Shown here piece after piece: positions 27,123 to 40,124 of a DNA stretch of 64,000 nt (the stretch's first letter is position 1; the number at the start of each line of letters is the position of its first letter). Both the position numbers and the translations under genes were made by a program. The stretch comes from Tubulanus polymorphus (lineage: Eukaryota > Animalia > Nemertea). Under the pieces are notes generated by a model, which saw only the letters and a list, made by a program, of their open reading frames with translations, searched no databases and was not told where the DNA came from. The stretch spans positions 3,224,001-3,288,000 of the forward strand of contig NC_134031.1 in assembly GCF_964204645.1 (NCBI RefSeq), read 5' to 3'.

Positions 27123-30100
27123 CTCGCCGACTGCCTTTTTCTTTACCCTCTCTTACGGTGCAATCATCAGTTCGGATGTTATGACGGCAATAAAGCGCTC
27201 ATACTCGAGTACCGGCGGCATTATCATAAGCGTTTTGAAAAGAGGGGAAATTAAGTATCCGATCGAGCAGAATACTTAATTACATTACAGCCGAATAGTG
27301 AAGGCAAGTTAATTCTCGTCTAGTGTATAAACGATGACCGTATGAGTTTCTGCCCAGTCACCATACTTAATTGCTACCGCAAACTTTGATTGATAAACAA
27401 TATCTCCTTCTAGTCTCTCCAAATACTGCCTTCAGTAAGACGAGGCATCGGACGCGAGCTTTTTTCGAAGACTATCGTATAACCAGAGGGGAGAATTCAT
27501 GAATAAATGTTTAGCAATCTGGCGTTTGTTCGATTTATTCGACGATTTAACGATATATACCGAAGCCGATTTCTAGAGTTCGTTCGTTGCTCGAAAATGA
27601 ATGGATTTTGCTCAGAATTCCGCACACCTGTTGAACCCGTGCCTTGCAGTTTGATCGCAGTCAGTAGAGCTAAGGAGAATGCTTTTTTCCCGATTGAGAG
27701 CAAGCCTATTAAAGACCAATCGTGTCTTCATTCGCAATAAATAGGTTTGGAATCTGCCTGAAGATATACATTCCTTTGTTATTCTTAGAAAGGAATATAT
27801 ATCGAAGATATAGTGTAGTTTGCAAATGTCGTAGTGTCAATGGATATGTCTAGACTAGTGCGACATTGGTTTACTTGCTCTTTCATTTGCGATGATTGAA
27901 AGAGGAAAATATGCAAGATGCCAAGAGTATTACGAAGATGGCCGCAGAGGCCGCGTAGACATGGGTTTGACATTGATACACAATAAAAATGCAAAAAAAA
28001 AATCCTGAGAAGCAAATGTCATTGTCTATTTACGCATGAATAACCAATGTATTTTACATTCTCCGCTTTCTTCGTAAAAACTCAAAAGCAAATGCCGCCT
28101 GACGCGATGTCGTTGTCTCTCCATACGGTAGTTGGTGGCCAACATCGAATAGCGCGAAACATTTCTCAGACCTTGATGTTCGTTTCGTGATCGAAGTTAA
28201 TTTACCAGTGGTGAACGTTGCGTTCGATGTTGATTGGATTGTTCGCGCTCTCATTACGTTATTTTCGAGCAATTGCGCCTGAAAAATATTTCGTTTCGCG
28301 AAGTTTATAACACCCGCGCGCGCGCTTATCATCACGATATGTTTCTGGGGACAAGTTCCTACGCGCACGGGGTGACCGCGCGTTTCGTGAGAAAACCTTA
28401 TTCTATCAACGGTTCCGGAATCGAGTCTGGAATTTCGTTTGAATTGCGTTTTAACATCCCGGGGTATCTTGTGCAATGAATACGTAAGTTATTCATCGAA
28501 GAACACCGCGACTCGGAGAGCTGTCATCGTGCCAGCTCTGGGGGAAAACGTTGAATGACATATTACGATGATAATGCAATTTCACGGATGTTCTTCTAGA
28601 ATGACATTGTCTTCGCTTACATCTCACAGACGGATAACCTTGCCATTCTATACGTACTTAAATACCGAGGTGAGCCTTAAGATAAAGGCGTGTGGGTCCA
28701 ATGACTGTTTAAACGCTTTGGAAAAAAGACTGGAGAATCCGGTGGCTTGGGGGCTGTGTCCATTTTGAAGGAGGGCTTAAGGCTTCAATTTCTACCCACT
28801 TGATAATATTGATTGGGCTGGGAAAAAAACAAGTGGTTTTGTGCCCAACTTGGCGGGGAAAAAATTCAGATTCTTCGTTGATGCAAAATTTAAAAAAAAA
28901 AACTTATCGTTGCTGCTCTAATAGGGCGCTCTAATGTGCTACTGTGGCAATCGAGGATTTGACGTATGGCAGGTGAGGATCCACCAGGTTCGCTAGTAGA
29001 TTGGTCGTTCGCATTCGATTTCTTCTACACCCAGTTCTTCTAAGATCCAGTTCAAATGAACTAATTTTGGCAACGGACGACCTACTGCTCGTCATGCCAT
29101 CTAGCTGGTTTTGCGGGTTCCCCATTACTGATGTATACTGCCGCCTCAACAATAGCTACCTCTGTATCATAGTTAATAACGTCCCATTCATCTGACCCAG
29201 GGGCGCTCTGTCATCTACCCTGGTTCGCGAGGAATGCGCAAAAAGCAGCAACAACGTCGAAAAATGTCGAAGAATGGTTCTTCGAGAGCAAATTGAATCT
29301 TCTACGAAAAAAAAGTGCCGTCTAATTCATCGTTTTGAAATTAGTTTCTCGCTAATCAGCGTACGAGTCGCGTGTTCGTCGCCGTATGCGGTCGATCTAC
29401 CCGAGCGTGAGAGACGAAACACTTTTCGAAATTTGAAAAATTAACGGATTTCGATTCGATGTACAACCGGAGGCTCGCGTCGAAAAGGTATGAACCGAAC
29501 GGGGCGTTAAATCCCCGCCGCCGCCAGCATTCAGAACCCGGCGACAATTTCTTATTAAGTCGCGATACCCGGTATGTTCTACCCATCATCGAAGTTCAAA
29601 CATTAAGTCGACATTGAAGTCTTCGAAGGTCACGTCGAAGATGCGTCTTAAAGCTCGTTATCCGGGAAGCACCGGGTCTCGTAGCTAAATGAGATTCATT
29701 AATTAAGCTGAATTTGCATGATAGCTGGTGAAGGTTTCGTCAATAAACCATGTTTATTATCCAGGCACTTTCCTCCGCTAAGTCGTATGTTGGATAATCT
29801 TCTATGTCATTTTACATGGAATCCGTTTTCGATGGGTGTTTTTATTTTCGTGATAATGTTTTAGGTATCTTGCTCGACAGTTCATTGAAGCCTCGAAAAG
29901 TAACACGTTGCTTACTATTGTTGACAACACTATGATACCACTCACAAAATGATGACGCAACAGGCGAAATCTCCGGCTACAAGTGCATGTACCCGTACAG
30001 GTTCCTTTGCTCAATCTCTCTAATAAACGATATAATGTAGATTATATAGTATCAAGGATCAATAACGCTATGCAACCATTCTAGCCTCGATATACTGATG

Positions 30101-33100
30101 ACGTAGTGCAAATCCTCTCAAAGACAGTTATTGAAATATATAAATTAAAAATGAAAATAGAGTTATGAAATATGTTTAATTATAGAATAAGCGCCAAATA
30201 CCATACTTGTAATTGTTATGTTGAAACCTCAATATTGATGACGTAGCGCACATCGACTCCTAAAGCATACTATAGATCAAACACTATCATAACGGTTTTT
30301 ACGGCGTCTGAAAAGCAATGAATGGGCTTGAAATGAACTGCTGCAAGTTCGCATGGAAAACACGTTTGAATATGAAACGCGCACTCGCACAGAAAATGTC
30401 GCAATGTCGAGCTTCGATCGTCATCCGAAGCGATGTTGAAATCAATATCGGATTTGTATGATTGATACAATATAGGAATGCAGCTTTCCCGGGAGTCAGA
30501 GTAGGAATTCGACGAAATATTTACAAATATGACGTCATAGATTCGAAAACAGGAAGCCGTCGCCTTTCGGCCAGTGACGCCAATCGCTGATACAAGGTCG
30601 AACGTGGACGAGGATTTACGATGTTCGGCTCGCAACACGTGTAATACTGATGCATTTCGCTTTTAATGTCTCCTTCGAGTCCGTCAACTTCAAAGTAACT
30701 GTCTACGGATCATAGAGGTATCTTAATGCCAGCGACTTTTACCTCGAAAGTAAGATCCGTTCAGGGAATTACGTCATGTACGTGAGTTGCGCAGCTCGCA
30801 ATAGCCGCGATCACACGAGCGTTTTTCGATCGATTTGCCTGGTACTAAATTTTAGCGCGGGTCAAATTATTCTGTGCGAATAATGTTGTAACTGGTTACA
30901 GAAGTGACTCATCTTACCTGCCACAGCACCGTTTTGATAGCATTTTTAGTATCGAGTGAGTGGTTTAGGTGTGAGGGACTTGGGTCTGATCCGGGCCGGT
31001 TTGACTCGGGCCAAATCGTCTCCGTGTGAGCGCCGTCTCCTGTGGCTGGCGAACACTGATGAGTTTGGATCTGCAGATTGGATCTACAATAGAAGATTAA
31101 GTTTGACCAGCTTGCCGTCCGTAGCTTCCGGCGTTCTCGCAATAATAATTGGTACAGGGAGTGAAATTAGCTCGCCAGTGCCGCCGGTTCCCTGGGAAAA
31201 GTCTAATTGTCCATTTGGACGAGCGGCTTTAAACTGTGACTTATTTCCACCAACACTGTCCCTGTTACGGAAACGCTCTGATTACTTCACATCTACCGAG
31301 CCTTCATAGTTCAGCGCTCTGAATGCTATTTCAGGGGCATTTATCGAAAAGTCTCCGCCCTTATCAATTTACATAAAGCCACCTTATTAACAGCCAATAC
31401 GACCCGCGCGATATCTTCTTCAGAAATTGATTTTGAAAATCTTACGAAGAAATATCCCACCAAAAGCTAGGATTATATGCAATATGGTAAGTCCACTGAT
31501 AACGCCTGTTAAAAATAAATTTTCTCATTCACACAATGTGGACACCAAGGCGAATATTTTGAATTTCATTTTAGTGCTCTACTGACTAAATGGCGAGCGA
31601 TTGGTCAGCGTGATGAGCTGCGTCCTTGGAATCACTACATTGTTTACGATACGATCCTATCACAGAGATTACGATACGGCTTTTCAGCTTCGCGAATCTA
31701 TAGAAACAAAATTGTAAACGGATCGATTATCGAGAAAAAAAGAAGAAATTCAACTTTCGCTTTCGTGTGTCGCACGTTCGTGTTATCGGACACGCCAATC
31801 TTGCTGCTATTAATTATCGTCAGTTTACAACGAGGAAAACGTCATTTCCTTATTGACGTTCGACTTATATCAATAGACTTGTGTCTTACTGCGTACTGGG
31901 CAACGTATCCTCCAGGCAACGATTCATCATATTGTACCAGGGTCAGCGCAACGCGACGTTTACATAAAGCCGTGTAGTTCGTATGCGATGCTAATAGCGA
32001 GAATCGCGAAAAAGGAGTTTTACGCTGTCATGTATCGCCTTGAGCAATGAGTTAAGAGATATTTTTATGACACGCGTGGAGACTATATTTGCGAAAACAG
32101 ACTCTTAATTTATAGACATATTATATCATTGCGTATCATATACTATATATAATCATTAGGCCTGCAAGATCATCTGCGCGCCTTATTCTCGAGCAACCTT
32201 TCCACGAAACGGCCTTGATAGATGGGAGTTTGTGGTGAAGAAAAAACCCGTAGATATGAAGAAAAACTTAGAGGGTGGCGACTTTTCGGCTCAATATTCT
32301 CGACCCAAAGCCAGTTTCGCAAAAATAGCCCATAGTCGAAACGTCACTCTCATTGTTTTGGTTTTCAATTGAATTATAGTTCCCTGATCAATGGCAGTTT
32401 CTACCGATGCCGGAATCGTGATTGGGAAACAGGGTCTGAATTCACGAAGCGCCGGGAACCGCGACTTACTTTTGGGGCTACCTCGGTACGGGGTGCTTTG
32501 CGGGCAAGTTAGTGGGCAACCCAGAATTACGGGGACTTTTTTAAAACTTTTAACAAAAAAAGGTATTTTTCTCTGGTAGCTTTATCGATGTAAGTTAGGA
32601 TATGTTTCTTAGGTCTCTGCGTAGCGCCACTGATTCAGAATACTGAGAAATTTTAGCGTTTCGCGAAAAAAAATCAAGATGTCTACTTTGTAAAATCCAT
32701 TCGTCTCTCGCGAAGCCTTACAATATAGCAACGTTGATAGTAATAATAACAAACAAGCGTTTGAAAGGTTTGAAAAAAATCCGCGCCACATCTTCGCTAG
32801 TTACATTAACTGTAAGTCTACAACGCGTCGAACTGGAAGTAAACAAGCGGATCTAATGTTTATATGCCTATCTTGTCATGATAGATACCACGTATACCTA
32901 CCTGTATGTTTAAAACTGCATAATGCAGAAGTATATATTGTGCCACCTTTGCACAGGTAAGTAAACATACTTACCAAATCCATGCGCGCTGAACCTATGT
33001 ACACATTACGTATCTAAGTATGACGCTAAGTTATAGGATGCAGTTTTTATTGTAACTGGAGATAACTCAGTTGTTTTGCACGGATGCTGAACAGAAGATT

Positions 33101-35024
33101 TTCTACTCGGTAAAAACGGAGGGTGATTTCGCGCAGACGAGACGAGCGGGGAAGAGCGGTTGATGTCTTCTTCATCGGGACCAGGAGTCATTCGTCGCTC
33201 AGGCCTCGCAGCCGACTCAGGTCGGAGGCGGGAAACTGACGTGTCCCTCAAATCTCTCCCACTCCCCGACCCAACTCACTCGCTACGATTTCTTTTTAAT
33301 GATAACATGATTAATGATTTGTACGATTTCGTGCAGGCTACAACTGCAGGCTTTTTAGAAGTCATAAAATGACATATTCGACTGATATAGTTTATGTGCT
33401 CAGTAGCACAAACATGGCTACCATTCAAAATCTGTCTAGCCGGTTCAAAAAACGTATCGTTTAAAAATGTCCGGACTTTCGGTTTTCTCGTCAAAATTAG
33501 ATCGTCTCTAATGAACTTTTGCTCATGCCAATTATCTATTTTGATACGCTGTAAAGTACACATTGAAAATGAGAAAGCTTTGATGCTCATCATGGTTTTA
33601 TAACCCTTTTAGATATTCGTCGACTGCGTGGGGTTTTGTTCCTTCGTGGCAATAAAACGAAGCAATGCTAAATATTTCCTTATACTGACGCAGTGATATC
33701 TGCGGTGATGTATACGTAATGTAGACGTCGGTTTTCGGTCGGGTATTTTTACGTAGTTCTTATTTCCCTCGACGCATCGACTATTCATTCGCCTAGACAG
33801 GTGATTGATGTAATTGGACGCTCGTATCATTTTATGCTACAGCCATTGATGTCGTAAGTGAAAGATAATTCACTGGAAATGGGCGAAAAGACTGGCAACC
33901 ACAGCGCTACCAGGATAAACATGTTGCATTGCGCAACGTTCTCGTATCTACGGGTCCGTCGAAGGTTCAGAGGGTTCGAACGAACCCTCCCGTGATAACG
34001 TTTAGTTCCGCTAATTTCTAATTCAAATAGAAATATCAAGCAGAGACTCTAGATTTACAACTAATGCACTATTTCTGCATTGAACATTCACTCACAATAA
34101 CGTCATCCCTGGGATTCGAACCTGGTGGTCGAGACTATGCCGCCATACGAATCCCTGTCCTGGTAGATCCATTTTCCCTCGGCGGGGATTCTCTCTAGCG
34201 GCATCCCTAAAGACTCTGCACCGGCACGAAAACCTGCCTGATTACCCCGAGTCCCCGAGTAACGCTTAATCAGGTTCGAATCCCTGTCGAGTGAGGATAC
34301 CACAATAAGGGCGCGTTGACAATACGTTCACGGCGAGTCTCAACTCCACCGTCGTCAAAACACTGGTCATTTGAGAAAATTTTCATTCAAACACAGCTGA
34401 GCTTTGGTTTCACGGCGAAACAAGTCAGGTAATTTCGGTCTCGGTCTCCGGTGGCAATCTTGAATGATTACTTATTAACCGAGTCAGACCTCTTATCATT
34501 CTTATCATTAGAATAGCTTATCGATGTTTGAAGAATATTAATGATACGAGATTGCCCTGGTAACGAGCCGGTTGGTATATTCTCGGTCGACTGTAGATTG
34601 ACCGCGTTTCTTAATTTCCCTGTATAGTTGGAATTATGTCATTATGATTTCGTTGTCACTCTGTGGTAATACATTTTCCTGTAGGTTTCCAAGTTAACGT
34701 CTGATTCCACGAAAGAGCATATTCGGTAAATTGTGTTATTACCAATGATGACGCGAGCCGTCTTAGACTATGATTCTATAATGAGGCATTCATTTAGCGT
34801 TTAAAATAGGTTTCTCCGAACAAAGTTATTATTTGTTTTAATTGATTTAATGAGGCTCCAACCTCGAGTGAGTGTGGATACTGAACAAATGAAGGTTTCT
34901 CCGCAGCAGCTATTTGAGTTTTTTACACTTAAATACGCCATTTTCTCTAGTCAACACTGATTTCGACGCATATAATCATAGCAGGGCCATCTAACACAGC
35001 AAGGCAAAAGCCGTTATCGCTGTT

Positions 35025-35358
35025 CATCCTCCCCCGGCAGGGATTCGAACCCGATGGCATCGAGACTCGCCACGGTACGAAATCCTGCCACACTAGCCCG
35101 AGTGCGCAGCTACATGCACAGCTTAGCTATGATGTCATTATCAGCCAATCAGATGTATCCCCTTTAATTTTTGCCGGGTTTTTCCATTATAGTTCTTTCG
35201 TGAAATTTGCCTCGGCGATTATACAACGAGCAATCTGATTGGTGCCGCAAGTTTTCGTGTGGCAAAGCTGCGCGCCCGGTCTAGAGTGGCAGGGTTTCGT
35301 GCCGTGGCTGAGTCTAGCGATGCCATCAGGTTCGAATCAAGGGAGCCAAGGGAGGATG
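35025..35358. mobile_element. Fold-back (MITE-like) element with tRNA B-box-like inverted ends
   Basis: The left arm gattcgaacccgatggcatcgagactcgccacggtacgaaatcctgccacactagcccgagtgcgcagct pairs with the right arm 35266-35338. An inner IR is ccaatcaga/tctgattgg. Related copies lie at 34103-34300, 59400-59780 and 61148-61200. Confidence 0.75.
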
Positions 35359-37461
35359 TCGCTACTTTGCAGCTATATTTCTCAAACATGTTAGTTTCAG
35401 CCCTTTTTCAGTGAACGCAACGCGTGAAAGTGATATTACGTCTAGTGAGCGTTCGCGAAAAAAGGCACGCCTCTCACGGGCCTCGGGGACTACGTAACAT
35501 TTCGATAATAATCGTTTCACTTTTGCAAATTGAATGATGATAACGCGTTTTGAATCGTATCAGGCGACTGTACGGTACCCGTCGGGGTTTGGTCTGCGTG
35601 TGTCAACTGCGGCGCGCGAGTTATCGAGTCAAATCAGCTTTCTGAAAACTAAATTACATTTCGCAACTATTAAAATGCTACTGACAACGTCAACGATCCA
35701 TTTCCGTCGCGCATTAAACGCATTAGCGTCCATCAACGCATTTTATCCGATTGAAAATGGATTAATTGTTTTCAATTTGAATTCGGTTTTTGTTCGTACT
35801 TCAGAGGAAATATGTATATGTGCATATCTTGTTTTCGTTTCCTTATAGACGACGAGGACTCCGTGCCACCAGCTATCCTGTTAAGATGACGTGCTTATCA
35901 ATAGGAGAAGTGCTCAGTGATAGGCGGGTTCGAGTTTAGTTGGTTTCTTGCAGATGGCCGTGGTCTCGTCATTAAGATTGAATGAGCAATCCGATAGGGT
36001 TACTCTCGGGAAACTGAGGTGCGAACAGAACAAACAAACAAAATGCTCCACCAAAATTGAGTTCACCGTCACTTAACTTCCATCTACATTTCCAAGTCCC
36101 CGCATAAGGCATATGATCACAATTTATATTATAATTATTCTTATTCATAGTAGCTTGAAGATGCGTAAGGATAGGACCCCAAAATAGTACCTAGAATGAA
36201 AACGAGGTCCCCATAAGTGTTGCCATAGTTCTAAAAATATGATAGGTAGCATCCATAAGCAAGAATTCCCGTGGATTTACTATATGGAATATAGAAGATT
36301 TTGGAAAAGTGGTCTGAGCTCATAAAACATCTAGCAATTTTGGTTTATATGTATCTGGATTTTTATTCATCATTCATACAATTTGAGAACATATGGATCG
36401 ATTTCAATGGAATCCGAGAGAAACATACGGCATCGTTTTCTGCATGCACACCTTCATCGTAAATCCTCACTTGCCACAAGCGGATTCGTCGAATGTAGAG
36501 TTCATTAGTCTATCTTCGTTTGAGAGGAATGCCTACGAATGAGAGAAAAACTATGAAAGGTATCTTACCGTTTTGCTACTTTCAAGACTGATTTTGTATC
36601 AAAAAACCATTTAGACTCTCCGTCCCCTGCCTACTGGTTTGGATGATAAATCGAGTTGAAACGTTTGATAACTTTCAGACTTATTTTTCCGGGTTTTCTC
36701 TTATACCTCGCTTTATCAGTAGAGCTAATATTCGTATCTTTGAAAAAAAAATTGTGATTAAAAAAACTGTTCACATATCGCCGATAGTAAACTCGGCGTT
36801 AACGCCATCAGCTGTGATGAAGGTTTTCAGTCACGCTTTGTAAACACTATGCCGAACGCAACGCCAGATTCGGGCATATTTGCGATCGTGTTAAAATCGC
36901 AAATGAAAGTCCCGACACGCGAAAACTTTGAGAGTCCCCCAGGCACGACGTGCCGACCTGCCAACCTATTCAATTCATACCATCTATATTCGTCGTTTCT
37001 GAGAATATGAAAGATTAAGCGGGAATGCGGTAGTAAGGCTTGGATGATTTGCCAAGAATTTGCCGCGGCTGTTCAAGTCATCATCGTGCCACGAGTGAGA
37101 AGGTAGATTAGGCTAGAAAAATGAAACGTTGCTTCTCATAATCAGCCGGGTCATTTTGTAAACTGCGATGGTCTGTTATGGAGCTTGATCGTGATTTTAA
37201 AAAGAAGTAATGTACAGGGTAGCTAGGCGGCCGGTGGATTAACACTAAGCTCAGCACAAAGGAGAATTAAGGTATCATTTTTTAGTCTTAATTAGAGGTT
37301 ACTGTACAATCGAGGATATATTCCTTTAAATTCCTGCACCCAGTTCCACGGTCTTGAGTTCCAGGGGGATTTGACCGTGTCCAGCAGCTCTATCGAAAAT
37401 TGTCTTTGCCTATTTTCTCGAAACTATTTACCTGTATTGACACAGCTAGTTACCTTGTGCT

Positions 37462-37576
37462 CCAGGGCCCAGTTCCACAGTTGTGAATAAGAGTTAACTC
37501 TGAGTTAAGTTAGTTCATTTTCAATGAGTTAACTCAGAGTCAAATCTTAACTCAGAACTGTGGAGCTGGACCCAGG
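37462..37576. mobile_element. Short palindromic MITE-like element (GGNCCAGTTCCACAGTT...AACTGTGGAGCTGGACC)
   Basis: Terminal inverted repeats plus internal GAGTTAACTC palindromes. Related copies at 14153-14285, 10166-10200 and 37338-37360. Confidence 0.8.
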
Positions 37577-40124
37577 ATTCATCCCCGCCTGCTCAGATGC
37601 GACTCTCCACGGCGTCAAATGAAAACCAACTCGTATCGACTCTAAATCTAGCAACTGTGGAAAGTGCGATTGAAGCTGTATCTTGCAATAGTTTCGTCGT
37701 AGATCAAATCCCAACCCGCTTCTTTTAAAAATCTTTAGAAATCCAGATAAAAGCGCAAAATCTTAGGATAAATGTGTAATGAACACGCTTTCGCGCTTTG
37801 AAAACGTTTTATCAAAATCAAAACCACACCTGTATATTAGGCATTTTTCTAGCCGTTTTCAATATCACGAGCGATGATAGACTGTTAGATTTCTGGTGAT
37901 TTAGCAATAAAACGTTTCTAATGGCTAGTACGAAATATATGCCAATAGATGGCAGGTTGGCATGCTTACCTGAGCAGAAGACGGCGTGTGGAACATTTGC
38001 AAGAATAATAACGAGCTATTGAAACAAAATAATCTGTGAAAAGTATGATTATGACTAATCGCGCACTTGACGACTTGAAGTTGAGAAATTGAAGGTTTAC
38101 TGAGGCTAAAACGTTTCGGCTGTTCCAACAGCCGTCATAATTTCACCTGATGATGTTGTTAGGAAACGATTTCAGTACAACTTTAGTTCGTTAAACTTTT
38201 AGTCCTTCAAAAGATCTTAATGTATGCGTCATGTTCACCCAACCAACCCTATTATATCGATAGTCTAACTTCAATAAGAGCCATCTATATTCAACGTGTA
38301 TTTTTGACATTTCAAAAATGTCCTTTTTAAATTTCTAAGGGAATTCTAACCTCCTAACTCTTATCACTTTACGAATCCGGAGGCTAACCAAACTATCTAA
38401 CTAAGTTAGGTAGTTTGGTAAGTGGGGCAAGGACTTGTTTTTTCTTCAATTTCCAGTTCGTCGACACTGCAATGTCAGACATGTGTCGAATATATCGAAT
38501 ATTGCGTAGGCTTTGCCGCAGTTATTGACGGTCTAATGACAGTAATAGCTTTCGACTAATTTTCTTTCATGCTTTGATAAGCAGTAATTACTTTGATTAA
38601 TTGCGTAAAAAGACATGTTTTTTTGTTAGTCATATTTCAAGCGAATAATGTGAATATGTCTGTGCGTGATTTCAGTATCATGTCCTTGAGTTGCATTTGC
38701 CATTTACTACCAGCAATTCAATTTTTTTCATGCTTTTTTCCATGATACATATGTATACGTGTTTGATGTCGTCATTTTACCAACGGATCCATAAATAACG
38801 ATATATGTTACATAGTTGATTGAGTGAAATGTGACGACATCGATTCATTCGTTCCGACACATCACGTATATACGTTCGTAATAGACATATTTATATATAC
38901 TTTCTCGGTAGCGAGAATTTTCGAAAGCGCTCCAAGAATAGTTTTTATTCTCGTGTATAAAATGTTGTATAAATGGATTTATCGAACGAACATCGACAGC
39001 CTTCGCGTGGTGTCGTGAGGAGGGAGATTGGAAAGGGCGCCTGAGTTTATAATAACGGCGACACGTATATATTATTATCATACGCGTGCATTCAGTGTAC
39101 ATATATAAATGGGTGTGGTTGATAAGATAGCTCGTGTTTAACGATGTGAGTTCCCCGAAGGAGCTAACTCGGCATCGCGCGCCATTATATACAATACACG
39201 CGCAGAGAGGACGACCTTACGTAAATATTTCACATCCACCTGACAGAAATAGTATCAAACACCTCGAAATAGCCGTTTCTGGAGATAAACGATACTTTAT
39301 GATCAACTTAAATAAACGCCATAATTAACAATTTCTTATCGTCTGCGGAACGCACCCTATAGTTCACGTCGATGACCCTCTCATCACGATGTCCATCAAC
39401 TAGCATTTTCCAAGTATTCTTAATTTAGATTCAGACACCAAATTTAGCTACAAACGCTCAGCCAGGCGTCATCGACCTTCTATTAAGTATTCATTGTTAC
39501 AGTAGATTCGAGGTTTCATTTTCCCTCATTGGAGATTAATACGATTTTGTCATGGTTCTTACGGGTTTCCCAATTTCATTTTCCATAACTTTTCCATACT
39601 CGGATTATAAATTTGCCCATTCGAGGTAAATACATGCCAATTATCAATACCATCGACTAAGTTTGTTATTTTTTCACCAAGAATCTTAGTGTCTGATGTA
39701 CCACAGTTGGTTACACTAGGATCGTAGAGCGACGGAGATCACTGGTGGAGACAACCACTGCCAGTGCTGGGTGAAGTTATTTTTTGTGTAGTAAAAAGAC
39801 ATTCAAAGGCATGCAGACTAAAATTCGAAATAGAAGGGAAATTTTATTTTGAGACCATTTTCTGATTTTCCATCCATAGCCTTAGAGATAAAAAAACAAA
39901 ATTTCGATAGCCTTTCCAGGGTTGGAAGTTGCCTCCGAGCTTGGAGAATCTGAAATTCACATCGCTTTTTCTTTCAGAGGTCGCACGATGATGCCGCCGG
40001 AAAGGCGAAGGAAAATCCCGATCACCAACACGCAAAACCGCGATCAACCCAACGATATTTCGGGGCGCATCGACTTTTGCACATAAGCTGGTCGGACAGC
40101 GGCCACAAGCCGAAACACAAAACG

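Larger units (their letters stand above)
11540..33922 (-). pseudogene. Decayed multi-exon pseudogene of a large type I receptor (Bark-beetle-like beta-helix ectodomain, CUB-, FN3-, TM- and TIR-like remnants)
   Basis: Colinear minus-strand coding-like blocks broken by stops and frameshifts. SP-like MFILVALWLPVFSPISS (ATG 33922). Exon 33548-32974 with good acceptor and donor but 2 stops. SFWWD..ISEEDIARVV..IDKGGDFSINAPEIAF (31.3-31.5 kb). Beta-helix-like DISIDTTTFANYTISSIYI, GNHADGIEY and GRGYG. ELSIKSVVTFHLF..ALIVCG (15.1-15.25 kb). CUB-like (14.3-14.5 kb), FN3-like (13.5-13.75 kb), hydrophobic (13.2-13.3 kb) and TIR-like (11.6-12.0 kb) segments. Domain calls are by eye. Confidence 0.55.

Noticed and set aside
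26808-27279. 148/149-aa ORFs with LSLSPSLP repeats
   Set aside because: They are translations of the (TCCCTCTC)n minisatellite, not protein-coding.
30956-31309. 117-aa plus-strand ORF (and 24042-24296, 24365-24571, 16935-17366)
   Set aside because: They have no splice or domain support and are best explained as antisense shadows of the decayed minus-strand gene.
11540-33922. Alternative genetic code or stop read-through explaining the in-frame stops
   Set aside because: All three stop types plus frameshifts occur, and the neighbouring intact genes use TGA, TAA and TAG normally; decay is the simpler explanation.
35025-35358. tRNA genes suggested by GGTTCGAATC
   Set aside because: I cannot build a cloverleaf; the motif sits in the arms of a multi-copy fold-back repeat.
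11500-39977. Upstream PDZ/C2 exons of a long RGS3-like gene
   Set aside because: I could not find plus-strand exons with PDZ (GLGF-type) or C2 motifs; the RGS 5' end remains unresolved.
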